The position numbers were made by a program, and so were the translations under genes. From Schizochytrium sp. TIO01 (Eukaryota; Protista; Bigyra: Labyrinthulomycetes): DNA of 64,000 nt. The stretch's first letter is position 1, and the number at the start of each line of letters is the position of its first letter. Shown here one piece after another: positions 26,126 through 37,517 of this stretch. The notes beneath the pieces are model-generated. The model worked only from the letters and a program-made list of their open reading frames with translations. It was not told where the DNA came from and ran no database searches. Where the stretch lies: contig SMSO01000025.1 of assembly GCA_004764695.1 (NCBI GenBank), positions 434,001 to 498,000 on the forward strand. The letters are read 5' to 3'.

Positions 26126-28549
26126 TGCTGCGTTAAGAAAGATGGAGTTACTCTGGGAAGTAATTCCCTTCCCCAGCAGCATTATTAAGGATATAGTTGA
26201 CTATGCAGGCAACTTATTAAACGTCACGCTCTCAGCGAATTGCTTCTTTATTATTAAAAGTATACTTTTTTTTAATGGAAACAATGAGAATATTTATTTG
26301 CTTTACCGTACATGGCGGTGGGGAAGGTTGACCTCACAGTTCCATGATCAATAAAGGATACAACTCTCTGCATTCACCTTCATTCACGATGTGGAAACTC
26401 ACGTCCGCATACACATGAACTACACCACGATCACTCCCCTATTATCTTTGGAGGTCCATTGTCGTTGTAAATCTCACAGCCATCTCCTTGTTTCTAGGCT
26501 TTGCTTCTCCAGAGCAATTCACAGCCTTTGCCAAAACACTTCCTGCATTGCTATCCAAGTTATATATGCATACCTTTGCGTATGGCCTTGTATTAGCCTT
26601 GTACTGGCCTTGCGTGTGGCCTTGCGATGGCATGTCACTTTTACTCTATAAGTCTAAATGAGTCGATGTCTTCTCGGAGGCATCACTCAAGGCCTAGGTA
26701 AACTTGGTGTATACCCATCTTACAATAGATCTTACAAGTGTGGAGAAAGTTTTATTTACAGAGTTTGCCCGTGGATTCCACAAAGCATCATCTTACAGGA
26801 TGAGATTATCACTTCCTTGTCAGATCTCTTGAGTTAAAATGCTTTAGCTTGGGTAAGGTAAAAACCTCAGCTCACAAGAATCACTGTTCGTTTGAGGATA
26901 CGTTCTCCGTCATTCATTCACAGGGGCTAAATTGTCACTTTCCGTGGCGGAATGGATGCTCTCGCTTTTCTTACTTCATACCACTACTGGACAATTATCT
27001 CATCAGTTCAGCATACCAATGAAGGACGTTCAGGCACAAGAGTAGCCGCACTGTTTCGTGTCAAAGAAATACCCAGCATCGAAGAAAGCTAGTACCTACC
27101 TAGTCGGGTACCTACCTACCTACCGATCCCCACAAATTTATCACTCGCACGACCGTGCATCTGAGCTCGACACATTTCTCTGCCAAAGACCATGAACGTT
27201 CCGCTCATCCAAGAACCAAAATCCTGGATGAACAATCATGGTGATGATTTAGCTTGGCTAGCACCCGTCCTTTCCTTAAGGTCGCTACACCAGTTCTGCT
27301 CCATGAGTCATCACGCACTTGGTTTCTGCACTGGGCAGTTTAAGCCCTTCTTCTAACCCGACCCTTCTTGAGTCTCGGTGGGCAGCTCTGCACAGAGCAA
27401 GAGCAAGAGCAATTCAAGCAGGGATGAAGTAACGCTCGCCGGCAGCAGGAGTTGGAGCCGACTGCGACATCAGTCCTCCTTCAAGTTGGCCATCGACCTC
27501 GCCCCCTGCTACACAAGAAGCCTTCAGAAAGCCACGAGTGGCCGGCCATTCCTTCCTTGCACGATACCCCCAGCTCTCCATTCGCTCCTTCGCTCCTTCG
27601 CAGGAAGCAGCCGTCACGCTCGTCTCTCACGCAGCGATCATACCCAAGAACTCCAAGCAAGCGCATCGATGTAATTAATGATCAGTCATCCAAGCAAGCG
27701 AATCAACGCGTGATCGTCTCAGAAGTAGGTAGTGCAGGTGGGTGGGCACCTGCCGCAGGTATTCATCCCTTCATTCATTCATGCACTCATGCACTCATTC
27801 ATTCACCTGCAAGGTCCGCCGGCGCTCTTTGAGGGGTGCCATTCGACGCGTGGCTGACCTTGGAAACACCTCCATCGACGGGGGTATTTGCACGATGTCG
27901 ATCGCCCTGCGCGAGTGGGGATGCGGGACTTGGAAACGCCCGGTGTGGATGAATAACGATTCGCCAAAGTCAAAGCACACATACATCCATGCATACATCC
28001 ATACATACATACATCGATACACATCGAAGTTCATTGCAACAGACATTCCACTCGCACAAACAAGCAAGCTCTCGCATCAAGTTCCTGTGCACCTCTGCTC
28101 TTGCCAAGGCAGCGCCAATCATGCGTGCGTGCATATATACATGCGTGCATGCATGCATGCGTGTAGTGCCTGAGTGAATTAAATTACACTACACTCCTCG
28201 AAGCATCGAAGTGGCAAAGTTTAGCAGGCACTGTCCACCTGCAAGTTCTTGCCGATCGATCTCGCAGGATTGTGGACTTCGCGACGCGTGCGGATTGCTT
28301 GCGTTGTGCTGGTTATTGTAATCAATCCAAGAAAGCAATCAATCCAAGAAAGCAGCCAACCAACGAAGCAAGCAACCAGGGAAATCGAGGCTCTGATCCC
28401 CTTCCACAGCGCTCGAGATAGCGCTGATTTCCACGCCAAACTACTTATCAAACTTACAATGAGCGAGTCCGATTCGCTTTGGCATTAGTGCCAATTAGTG
28501 AATGAGGGCCTAATCGACGAATGGAACTCACGAATGAGTGAAAGAACTC

Positions 28550-28577
28550 ATGAATGAATGAATGAATGAATGAATGA
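28550..28577. repeat. (GAAT)n microsatellite
   Basis: Seen directly. Confidence 0.9.
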
Positions 28578-28958
28578 CTTTTTATTTATATTTAGATTTA
28601 TATTTTTATTTTTATTCTCATTTTGCTGTTTTTGGTGTTGTTTTTATGATTGTTTTTGTTTCTTTCACTTCTCTGTACCTAGCGGTACATAGGTAAGTCC
28701 TAACTAGGGTCCAGCTAGTAGCCACATAGCTAGTTGGCTACCCTGGATGTATTATGATGTATAATAGAAATGGAAATAATAATAAAGAGTTTCGGAGTGT
28801 GAGTGAACAAAAAATTGAGCATCACGATCGACGATCGAATTGCATTCGATTCGCATGCATGCATCGTGCGTGAGGGTGCAGAGCTCGATCATAAGGGATT
28901 TCGCGCAGGCCGTGGGTGCGTTTGGCAGGGTCGGGTTGCGTGGGCCCCGAGAAGCGGC

Positions 28959-30776
28959 ATGCGCGCTCGGTCCGGAGGCCGCGGCCCGCAGGAGGCCGGC
29001 GCCAGTGGTCATGGTGACCTAGAGAACGGCAAAGTCGGCGTCATGGCAAGCACAGCTAGCGCTGCTGCCGGCGTTGCGTGGCTCAAGGAGCAACCGAAGT
29101 TTGCGGCTTTGGTTTCGGCGGTCGTTGTGGCTTGCCTGCTGGTGCTTGCAGTGCACAGAGCTCCGGCAACGAAAATTGAGGACCCTTCACAGCAGCTCCA
29201 GGGCATGATGTTCATCGACAAAAACCTTGACCCTGCGGCTGGAATTAGCGCAGAAGGCAACAACTACAACGTAGACAATTATAACGTTATTAGTGATGAC
29301 AGCTACGAAATTGGTCATGTGAGCTCGTCTTTAGGTTTGAAAGACGACTCTGGTTCTTCCGAGGAAGATTCTGGTCAAGAATCCAAGAGCTCAGGATTGA
29401 GCTTTGCGTCACCCTCTTCACTTCTAGGTTCGTCCATATTGAAATTTAGGGCGTCAATGATCAGTCGGATAGAGAGCAATAAAGAATCCCAAGATGCTGA
29501 TGCCGATGACCTTGGAGAAGATTCAATGTCCGATGAAGATCAAGGTGAAATTGAAGAAGGGTCTGAAGAAGGCAGGCTCTTTACTGATGATGGACTTTTA
29601 CGAGGGGCAGATGATGGATACACGGGACCCAAAGCGGACTCCATTACAATCGTTCATCTTGGAGACGGCATGTTGAGCCAAAATATCAACCTCCACATCT
29701 ATGCAAAGGGATTCGATGCCAAGAGCTCGTACAAACATCTGTGGAGCGAAGTCGCACCCTTATGGCGCGGTGAATCGGATCTCACCATTGCCAACTTTGA
29801 GGGCACTTGCACGCCCATCACGGGCCAGATTCCACGCAAGTCGCTCAGCAAGATCACCAAAGCAAATTATCGCAGCGTATACACAAGCAGTGTATCCGCG
29901 GGTGGATTTAACTACCCGCCAGCGCTTGCAGAGGGAATGTATGATGACGCCAAGATTGATGTCATTACTCTCGGTCACAATCATATTTTCGATCGCGGCA
30001 TTCCTGGTGTAGGCGTTACTAAGCGCACGCTCGAAGACATTGGACTGGTGACGGTTGGCGTGATGGATCCCTCTGAAGCCTCTTCCGATGAAGTTGACAC
30101 AAGGAACGTACCAGAGCGCTGGTACCAAATTGTGCGACGAAAGGGCTGGAAATTGGCTCTCCTATCATGCTGTAATTTTGACTTCGGACAGAATTGGGCG
30201 CCATATATTCTTCACTGCAAGGATATTCTGCGCATTGTGAAAGGCCATATTCGTCCGAACCACCCAGATCTCGATGCCATCATTGTGCTTCCTCATTGGG
30301 GTACTGAGTTTGTAGCACAGACCACACCAAGACAAGCGCAACTTGCAGATCAATGGGCTAAGGCAGGCATTAGTCTCGTTCTTGGTAACCACCCGCATCT
30401 TGCGCAACGTGCTACTGCGGTATATAACGAAAACAAAGAGATGACCACGTTTACTGTGTTTTCCTTAGGAGGTCTCTTTGGCGGCCTTGGTCAGCGGAGC
30501 AAAGAAGTGATACGACCGCGTGCCTCGGCAGTCATATATACCAAGCTAAGCAAGAATGAGAGCGATGAAACCATTGTTGATGCTAGCTTCGCACCTATTT
30601 GCGAAGAGTTTGAAACCAACATGCCAGCTCGTGCCCTCAAAGTGCGCCCCATTCCGACGTACACCACCAAAAGGTGTAATGACGAAGAGCGCATAATTAA
30701 GGGCCTTTTCCAGCCTGCTGCAAGACAGCGAAGCCCGGAAGAAGTCATGGCTGCGATTGAAGCTAGCAAGTTGTAA
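28959..30776 (+). CDS. Type II membrane CapA/PGA_cap-family metallophosphoesterase
   Basis: N-terminal TM (AALVSAVVVACLLVLAV), acidic Ser/Asp-rich stem, then CapA-type motifs in order: HLGDGM, ANFEG, LGHNHIFD, HWGTE, GNHPH, FSLGG. First in-frame ATG is 28959; 29043 is an alternative. The track's GTG start at 28803 is unlikely. Confidence 0.8.
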   Translation: MRARSGGRGPQEAGASGHGDLENGKVGVMASTASAAAGVAWLKEQPKFAALVSAVVVACLLVLAVHRAPATKIEDPSQQLQGMMFIDKNLDPAAGISAEGNNYNVDNYNVISDDSYEIGHVSSSLGLKDDSGSSEEDSGQESKSSGLSFASPSSLLGSSILKFRASMISRIESNKESQDADADDLGEDSMSDEDQGEIEEGSEEGRLFTDDGLLRGADDGYTGPKADSITIVHLGDGMLSQNINLHIYAKGFDAKSSYKHLWSEVAPLWRGESDLTIANFEGTCTPITGQIPRKSLSKITKANYRSVYTSSVSAGGFNYPPALAEGMYDDAKIDVITLGHNHIFDRGIPGVGVTKRTLEDIGLVTVGVMDPSEASSDEVDTRNVPERWYQIVRRKGWKLALLSCCNFDFGQNWAPYILHCKDILRIVKGHIRPNHPDLDAIIVLPHWGTEFVAQTTPRQAQLADQWAKAGISLVLGNHPHLAQRATAVYNENKEMTTFTVFSLGGLFGGLGQRSKEVIRPRASAVIYTKLSKNESDETIVDASFAPICEEFETNMPARALKVRPIPTYTTKRCNDEERIIKGLFQPAARQRSPEEVMAAIEASKL

Positions 30777-31944
30777 TCTTTATCTTAATACTGCAACGGG
30801 CTTTTTCTTTTAAATAGGTGAACTTGTTGGGGGCTGGGGATACCTCAACATTGATGCTGCAAAACTCATTGTCTTGGTCCGTTCACTTCGTATCCAAAAA
30901 ACATGCTTCTTCTTGGCTGCGTAAATTGTGAACGAATATGCATGCGAAGAAACGCGTATCGAACGTGCAATCAGCTTGTCCTTAAGCAAAGGCTAGCTGC
31001 TTCAGTCTATCAGGTTTATCAGGTTAGCGAGCCGGCTGTTGCAATGATACCACCTCGGTATGTCCTTCGGCCCTTCAGTTTGACATCAAATTCAAAGCAT
31101 CGTTTCGTAATCTTGCTCTTTCTTTGCACATTCCCGATAGAGAAAGTCGTAGTGATAGATTTGATAGAAAGGAATGCGAGGGGTATGGATAATTAGATGC
31201 TCATTTCATCACCTCATACAATTTTTAAGGCCTTCCTTATTGAATCACACTTTATACCGTGCCAGAATACAAGTCCTGTCACTTTGCGTAAAATCTTTTT
31301 CAAAAAAATCTTCTTCTCTTTAATAAAGTTTCTATTTGGGGGGTTCTGATTGGTCAAGACAAACTTGTTGCGTGAAAACTCAATTTGTTTCCGTTTTTCT
31401 CTTCTAAAGTACCTAGGCACATTCTACACAAGGAAAGTTTTCAAGATTATTTGTATAAATCGATGAAGTTCCTGAGAAGCGTTAATGCCTATCCATCCTT
31501 ACGAAATATTAAAATTTTACCTCGCTGTAAAAAGAGAGGCTTACAATGATAACATTGCAGGAAGAATAAGCTATTGATGGTAGAGAACAGTACATCACCA
31601 GTACTATGCACCATAGAGTTTTAAAACACTTTCTAGGCCACCAAACAGTGCTATGCTGTGATGGACGGACGAAGTTTCGCTTCTTGGTGGCTTGGCATGA
31701 GCGATCCTACAGACAGACATGTTACTTGGGTAATGGCTTTTAGGGTCAAAGAGTTTATTGCAAAAGCTTGCGTACGCGCACTTGTACTGGTCAAATGATC
31801 AAGAACGCAGCATTATTTATATGATCGTATGGAAGTCGTGAGTGTATCTGGTTTTCATAGCACAATGGCAATAACAGCAATAACAGCATCAGCATCCGGA
31901 GTGATAACAAGGGGGTGGTAGCGAAGCAAATTCAGAGCGAACAT

Positions 31945-33438
31945 TTATACAGTCTGCATCTGGTCACCCCGAGTAGCCTGAGAAGCACCCCGTGCCTGGT
32001 TTTTGTTCGTCTCACCCATTTCCAGACCAAACTCTTCACGGTGTTCATCGTCGTTGAAAAAGTGGTCCTCGTCAAGTGGGTCGTCCGTGTCATAATTCGC
32101 CACACGGCGGTTTGAAGTGTACTCATCGTCTTCCTCAATACCATACTCGCCATCATCCTGAGGAATTTTGAGGTATGCACTGCCTTCAACAGGTTGGAAT
32201 AGATAACCAATGAAGCCGTAAAAGAGTACCGCAGCGGCTTCGCGAAGAATATGAGCAACATACAAGTGGCGAAAGTTCATTGCATTCCCTGCAAGAAAGA
32301 CAATGATGCGAGTAAAGTAAATGTAAGCGAAAACAAGCAAATAAAATCTGCGAAACTGCTTGAGCTTGGCAAGGTTGATCTGACCCTTGCCATCGATCTG
32401 AGCCTGGCTCTCCAAGAACTGAATGTGGGAGTAAATGGGGACTGTTACAGCCAAACAACAAACAAGGTCCACCAACTGGAAGACATTCTCCCACTTCATT
32501 TCGGCAGATGATCCACGAGTGAGCTCATCAGACACGACAAGCGCAATGTTGGCTACAACCTGCATAGAGAACACGGCCATGAGGAACTTGCGCTCGCGCT
32601 GGCTTAGCGCTGGCTTGAGCAAGGACCAACCCGTACCAATCATAATGATAACGACGAAGAACATGATTGTACGAAGAGCACGGAGAACGTGAAATAGGAA
32701 ATTCCATGTGATTGAGTAGCCGTACACCTTGACATAGTGCTTATCAAGCGCCTCGGCAAATACGGCAAGCGCTTTAAGCAGGATGATCACAGTCATCATG
32801 TGATGTACCTTGTGCACACTCAGTTTGCGCTTACGCAGTACTGACGCCCACGCGACCATCATGCCAAAGAAGATGATTCCGAAAAAGAAGAGGATCATCG
32901 GCGTCGGCATTTCTCCGGCTGTTAGGTAGTTCGGGCCCTTGTTATACATATTCGTTCGCAGACTGTATGAGGCGCCCACATCAGGGCCACAACGCACAAA
33001 AGAGATATCATAGATTCCCTCATCCTTGACGGTCACCTGGTGAGAGATTCGCTTGGATGCTGGCAGAGATTCGGCACTGTTAAACTCAATGATACCAATT
33101 AATTGTAGCTCTCGAGTCTTGTCGATTGGACACTCACGCTTTGACCCAGAGGCGTACTCTTCTTTAATTTCCTCATGGAATGCGTCCAAAACCATGTTTT
33201 CTGATTCTGCGAGATGCACAAGGAATGCTGCACGTGCGTTTGCCACATTGTCAGTGAACTTGAAGTTGTCAACCTCGATCTGAACAGTACCGCCTTCCAC
33301 AAGTCCAAATTGTTCTACGGCATACCACCGCTGCTTATCATCATTCGCATCGAGAGAGACTTTGAGTGCCTCGCTCGCCACCAGAACGCTGCACGCGACG
33401 CCGATAGACGTTGTTAGTGATTGCCAGAACCGCACCAT
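31945..33438 (-). CDS. GPR107: GPR107/GPR108-like (lung seven-transmembrane/GOST family) protein
   Basis: 497 aa: signal peptide, lumenal domain ending NYLTAGEMPTP, seven hydrophobic segments, family motifs HKVHHMM, IGTGWSLLKP.LS.RERK, DGKG..NLAKLKQFRRFY and YIYFTRIIV, and an acidic tail. Confidence 0.9.
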   Translation of the reverse strand: MVRFWQSLTTSIGVACSVLVASEALKVSLDANDDKQRWYAVEQFGLVEGGTVQIEVDNFKFTDNVANARAAFLVHLAESENMVLDAFHEEIKEEYASGSKRECPIDKTRELQLIGIIEFNSAESLPASKRISHQVTVKDEGIYDISFVRCGPDVGASYSLRTNMYNKGPNYLTAGEMPTPMILFFFGIIFFGMMVAWASVLRKRKLSVHKVHHMMTVIILLKALAVFAEALDKHYVKVYGYSITWNFLFHVLRALRTIMFFVVIIMIGTGWSLLKPALSQRERKFLMAVFSMQVVANIALVVSDELTRGSSAEMKWENVFQLVDLVCCLAVTVPIYSHIQFLESQAQIDGKGQINLAKLKQFRRFYLLVFAYIYFTRIIVFLAGNAMNFRHLYVAHILREAAAVLFYGFIGYLFQPVEGSAYLKIPQDDGEYGIEEDDEYTSNRRVANYDTDDPLDEDHFFNDDEHREEFGLEMGETNKNQARGASQATRGDQMQTV

Positions 33439-33513
33439 ATCGGTTGCTGTTGTGAAGCTTCACGTCTCTATCCAACCAAGCAACGCTCGTGGATCCCAAA
33501 GTACCCACGCGCC

Positions 33514-33522
33514 TCTATATAC
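33514..33522 (-). promoter_or_regulatory. Candidate TATA element of the GPR107-like gene
   Basis: TATATA about 80 bp upstream of the ATG at 33438, downstream of an AT-rich island. Positional inference only. Confidence 0.25.
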
Positions 33523-35750
33523 CAACGCGGCCACCAGCAACAGCACCAGCACCAGCAACAGCAGCAACAGCAGTGTCGGCCGTCCGACAAGAGCTGTAGC
33601 GATCGGTAACTGCAAGCTTTCAGCATCTTCTCTGACGTGGCGAAATTCGTTTTTCAATTTATACGTCCTTATATTTTTACTCCACTTGTTCTAAATATAC
33701 TTCACTTGTTCTATTATAAATACGACTTGTTCCAACATTATGTTCCATTATATCACGCCACAACATGCTATCCCACATTTCCGAAATATCTATTATAGGT
33801 AATAAATAGGCTTCATAGTACGATACGTACTAAGAGAATCAGACTCTCTTACCGCCGCGTGAAAACTTTTATTGTTTACATTATTGTTATCTTTTCGATG
33901 AGGTTTACTGTGAGAGGTTGTAATGGCGTTGAAGGCAGCGACTTCAGATTAGAAAACAAGGGGACAGCAACAGAAAAAGCCGCCAGGAACCACCACATGG
34001 GCTGCAGATTAGTAATCGTAAAGAGGACGCCTTGAGATTTGAGTGATAAATTGAGGGATTTTTCTTAAGTAAGGGTTTAGGTTGCGACTCAACAATGTGA
34101 CCAACGAGGGATACAGAAATTTACACCAAATTTGTTTCGAAACTTATAACTGGTCCAAACCCAGTCCATCCCACGCTGGGTCCAAGAGACGTGTGTTGCA
34201 ATAGTGATGTTTATTGCATTACGACCCGGTCATAGACTGTCTATGCAGTGCTCTGGGTTGGTGTGATTCCAACACAAAAGCGGAAAAGCTGCTTTTGACA
34301 CTGCAGTGCCAAAAAAGTTCAAAGCTGTACGTTGCTGTCAATTTCTCACAGTTTGTTGAGAATTTGGTAGCATAAGCTATCTGTAACAATAGACGTAAAG
34401 AGCTGCTGTATAGGTATTCAAAAGCAGCTCCTCGTCAATCATCTTCAAATTGTTGGTCATTATCGTTGTGTAGATCCTGTCTAACAGAGCAGGTTCTCAT
34501 ATATCAACCCTGAGGCTATGCTGCTCACAATGGTTCACCTCCTCAACTTGAGATGTTGGCCACCGCCTTGTATCACACAAATGAAGCAAACTTTGACCGA
34601 CTAAAATCCTTCCATCTCTTTACTTCTAATCTCATGAGCAATGTAGGATGGTTTTTGTATATCACTGTAGAGCACATTTGCGATCAATCGCCTCACTTCC
34701 ATAGCCGCAGCCATCTCTATTTTACTGTGCCTTTGCCTAGCCCTTTATATTGCATTTCTCCAACCCGGACGCCCCTCTTTCGAAGGTTTTAAGTAGGTGC
34801 CCAGGTAGTAATGTAAACTGCAAGTTCTTGCAATCTCGTGGTTCTTATTGTACACTCGATCATCATGAAAGCACCTCAAAGTTCTTGACATGCCTTCCTT
34901 GCGCACCATAATCGTCGCTGTGAACTTCACTATCTTCACACTCCGTTATGCGCACCCAATCGTCGTCAGCCGTTGTGCATTGCAATCGCCTCTTCCCAAG
35001 AACTCTTCAGTAACGAGGCGTCCTTTCCAGGGAGGTTTTCGCTATCGTTACTGTTGGCTGTCTTGCATCGGTACCCTCGCCAGCCTGACGCAGAGACGTT
35101 CGAGGACAGCAAACTGCACGACACATGGAGTGGCATGTGAGGCGTTGAACGGCACTCGAAGTATTGGCAATTACTCCATTGCTCGCCAAACCTGAGTCTG
35201 TGCGATGAACTTTTCAATGACTGACGAACTGACTTAAGTTTGAGCTTGACTCGGACTGTTCATAATACCTGACTGTGGAATGGAGAATAAACCCATAAAT
35301 TCTCCAAGAAATAGTCAACTATAATCAATTCTCTACTGTAGAGGATAACTAAAATTAAAACTGAGAGGAAATTGCGAATTACATGTAAGAAGGTAATAGA
35401 AAATCAAGCAAGCGGCCGCGCTCTGTCAATCCTCGATCCCCGGCCGGTGATCGGACCGCGGGCGCGCGGGCGCAGCTCGCCGTCCGCAGGCAGTAAGTCA
35501 AAGAGGCCTTTACGAGGTCACCTCTCACCTCTCCTCCCCCTCTTCGTGCTCTCCGCAGCTCCTTCGTCCTTTTCATCTGCCATTCGTCGCGATCGATTTG
35601 CCGACGACCACGCCTCCCTCTCTATCTCGTGCCCTTACGAAGCCTCAGCAGGAGGTCCGAGGTCCAGCTCTCCCCGCGCAGAACTTGCTCCAAACTCGAT
35701 CTTCCCTCGGGGGGCTGTTTGCGAGAGGTCTTGTTGAAGAGTAGGGCACC

Positions 35751-37517
35751 ATGGAGGACACAGAGGCACTTTGGGATCCATCGAAGGAGGGCTTCTTGCC
35801 CGCAACGCCCAATATCATATTCTTCTGCGAGGCGCTGCGACCCCATACTGAAGCCTACTCTGAGCTTCCATCGTTGGCCCGAGAGCGTTCAATCGCTCCT
35901 CGCCTCGAGGCACTCCCTGTCGTGGACGTAGTCTTCTCGTATGAGGCCTATTATGACCCGCTCTCGTGCGTACTGCTCACCAAAGCCGAAGAGTGCGAGT
36001 CGGTATTCTCTCTTTTTGCAATCCTTGCCAGTGCCTACGTTCACCAATCCAGGGTTGAGTTTGAGCGTGAGGATGAGCCAAGTCAAGATGGTGCGGAAAA
36101 GCAGAACTCGAACCAGAATCAGGATCAAAAGCAAAATGCGGCCCCGATCATCCTTCCAGCATGCATCAGTGTGCCCTTGAAGCAACTTGCAGAGCGTATT
36201 GGGCGTAAACCAATTTGGGACTATGCGGGATGTGTCCTGGCAAATTGGGTGCTGATTGATGAGTCAAAAGACGTGAGTTTGGAGAATATTCGTATTTTGC
36301 GAACCTTCACACGGACTCGTGCTGAAGAGTGGTTTTACATGGTGCATGGAGTGATTGAGTACCATGGAGGACTGGCCATCCGATCTGCAATTGCTATCAA
36401 TAATCTTATAACCACACCGCTCCGCCAGGATGAAGAGGTTGACGCAAAGCTTATTGCACGGATTGTCATGAACTTGAGGTATATTGGAGAGGCACTCAGC
36501 AACATGAACACAAATCTCGGCAGGATGCGCGAAAACTGTCGCGAGGCAGACTTCTTCAACATTGTGCGCCCATGGTTGAGTGCGTGGCCCGCGCCTGGTG
36601 TTGTGTACAGCACAAAGGATTCCCACGATCTATCACCCGAAATGTACACTGGTGGATCTGGTGCACAGAGTTCAATCATGCCTTGCATTGACGCGCTTAT
36701 GGGCGTCGGCCATGGTGCCGAAAAAGCCGGAAAGCTTTCAGAGGCTGCCGCCCAGCACCTTGCTGGCCGTGCCGAGTTTATGGCTGCGCTGAAAAGGTAT
36801 AGGGCCTATATGCCACCGCCTCACCGTGATCTAATTTCCAAACTTGAGTCCTCGCCCAGCTTGCGTGACTACATTGCCGACTTGGAAAGTTTCCAGGCTG
36901 CTCTTTCTGAGAAGTCCCGCACTCCAAACCTACCATTGGCCGAGAGCGAGCAGCTTATTCGCCAATCCATTAATTTCGGGCAGAACGCTATGCACCTTAA
37001 GCGTGCATATAATGAGGCCATGGAGCAAGTTGTAAGTTTCCGCCTTAAACATGTTGGTGTAACTATTTCTTACATCACCAGCCAGGCAAAGCGTCGAGCG
37101 GAACGATTCAAGTCCTCAGGCAAGGCTGCAACGGGCGAAGCACTACTGAAAAAATCTTCTGAGGGAACTGGCGGTAGTAACTTCAAGTTTCACCTAACGC
37201 AGCATCTTAGAGATAGCCGAAGCTGCCTCTACGACTTGCCACGCTCTGTAGAACCTCCACCCGAGCCGCCTTCGTCGCACGTCCTTCCTGGGCTTGGCGC
37301 CTGGTTGCCTCGTGCGAGTCCTTTTGGTCGCTCCCCGAATCCTAGTATGTTCTCTCCGCTCCCATCTCCGGCTGTGGGTCGCCCAGCCGTGCAGCGATCT
37401 GTTGTTATGACCCCAGGGGGCGCCCTGCACACAACTACGACCACGACCACAACTACGACCACAACCACAACTACAACAACTAAAACCACCTCTCCATCAT
37501 CATCATCACTTCACTGA
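35751..37517 (+). CDS. IDO: Indoleamine 2,3-dioxygenase family heme enzyme
   Basis: Motifs GFLP, YAGCVLANW, EEWFYMVH..IE, FF..VRPWL, YTGGSGAQSS, YMPPPHR, FRLKH (proximal His), YI and GTGGS. The Pro/Thr-rich tail may be frameshifted (see findings). Confidence 0.92.
   Translation: MEDTEALWDPSKEGFLPATPNIIFFCEALRPHTEAYSELPSLARERSIAPRLEALPVVDVVFSYEAYYDPLSCVLLTKAEECESVFSLFAILASAYVHQSRVEFEREDEPSQDGAEKQNSNQNQDQKQNAAPIILPACISVPLKQLAERIGRKPIWDYAGCVLANWVLIDESKDVSLENIRILRTFTRTRAEEWFYMVHGVIEYHGGLAIRSAIAINNLITTPLRQDEEVDAKLIARIVMNLRYIGEALSNMNTNLGRMRENCREADFFNIVRPWLSAWPAPGVVYSTKDSHDLSPEMYTGGSGAQSSIMPCIDALMGVGHGAEKAGKLSEAAAQHLAGRAEFMAALKRYRAYMPPPHRDLISKLESSPSLRDYIADLESFQAALSEKSRTPNLPLAESEQLIRQSINFGQNAMHLKRAYNEAMEQVVSFRLKHVGVTISYITSQAKRRAERFKSSGKAATGEALLKKSSEGTGGSNFKFHLTQHLRDSRSCLYDLPRSVEPPPEPPSSHVLPGLGAWLPRASPFGRSPNPSMFSPLPSPAVGRPAVQRSVVMTPGGALHTTTTTTTTTTTTTTTTTKTTSPSSSSLH

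Noticed and set aside
24400-27300. Microsatellite-poor non-coding block as a decayed transposon (also 33800-35300)
   Set aside because: No terminal repeats, target-site duplications or transposase/RT fragments recognisable by eye.
28803-28958. GTG-initiated N-terminal extension of the CapA-like ORF (likewise the TTG starts at 23263 and 58928)
   Set aside because: Non-ATG starts come from the ORF caller; in a eukaryote the first in-frame ATG is the default.
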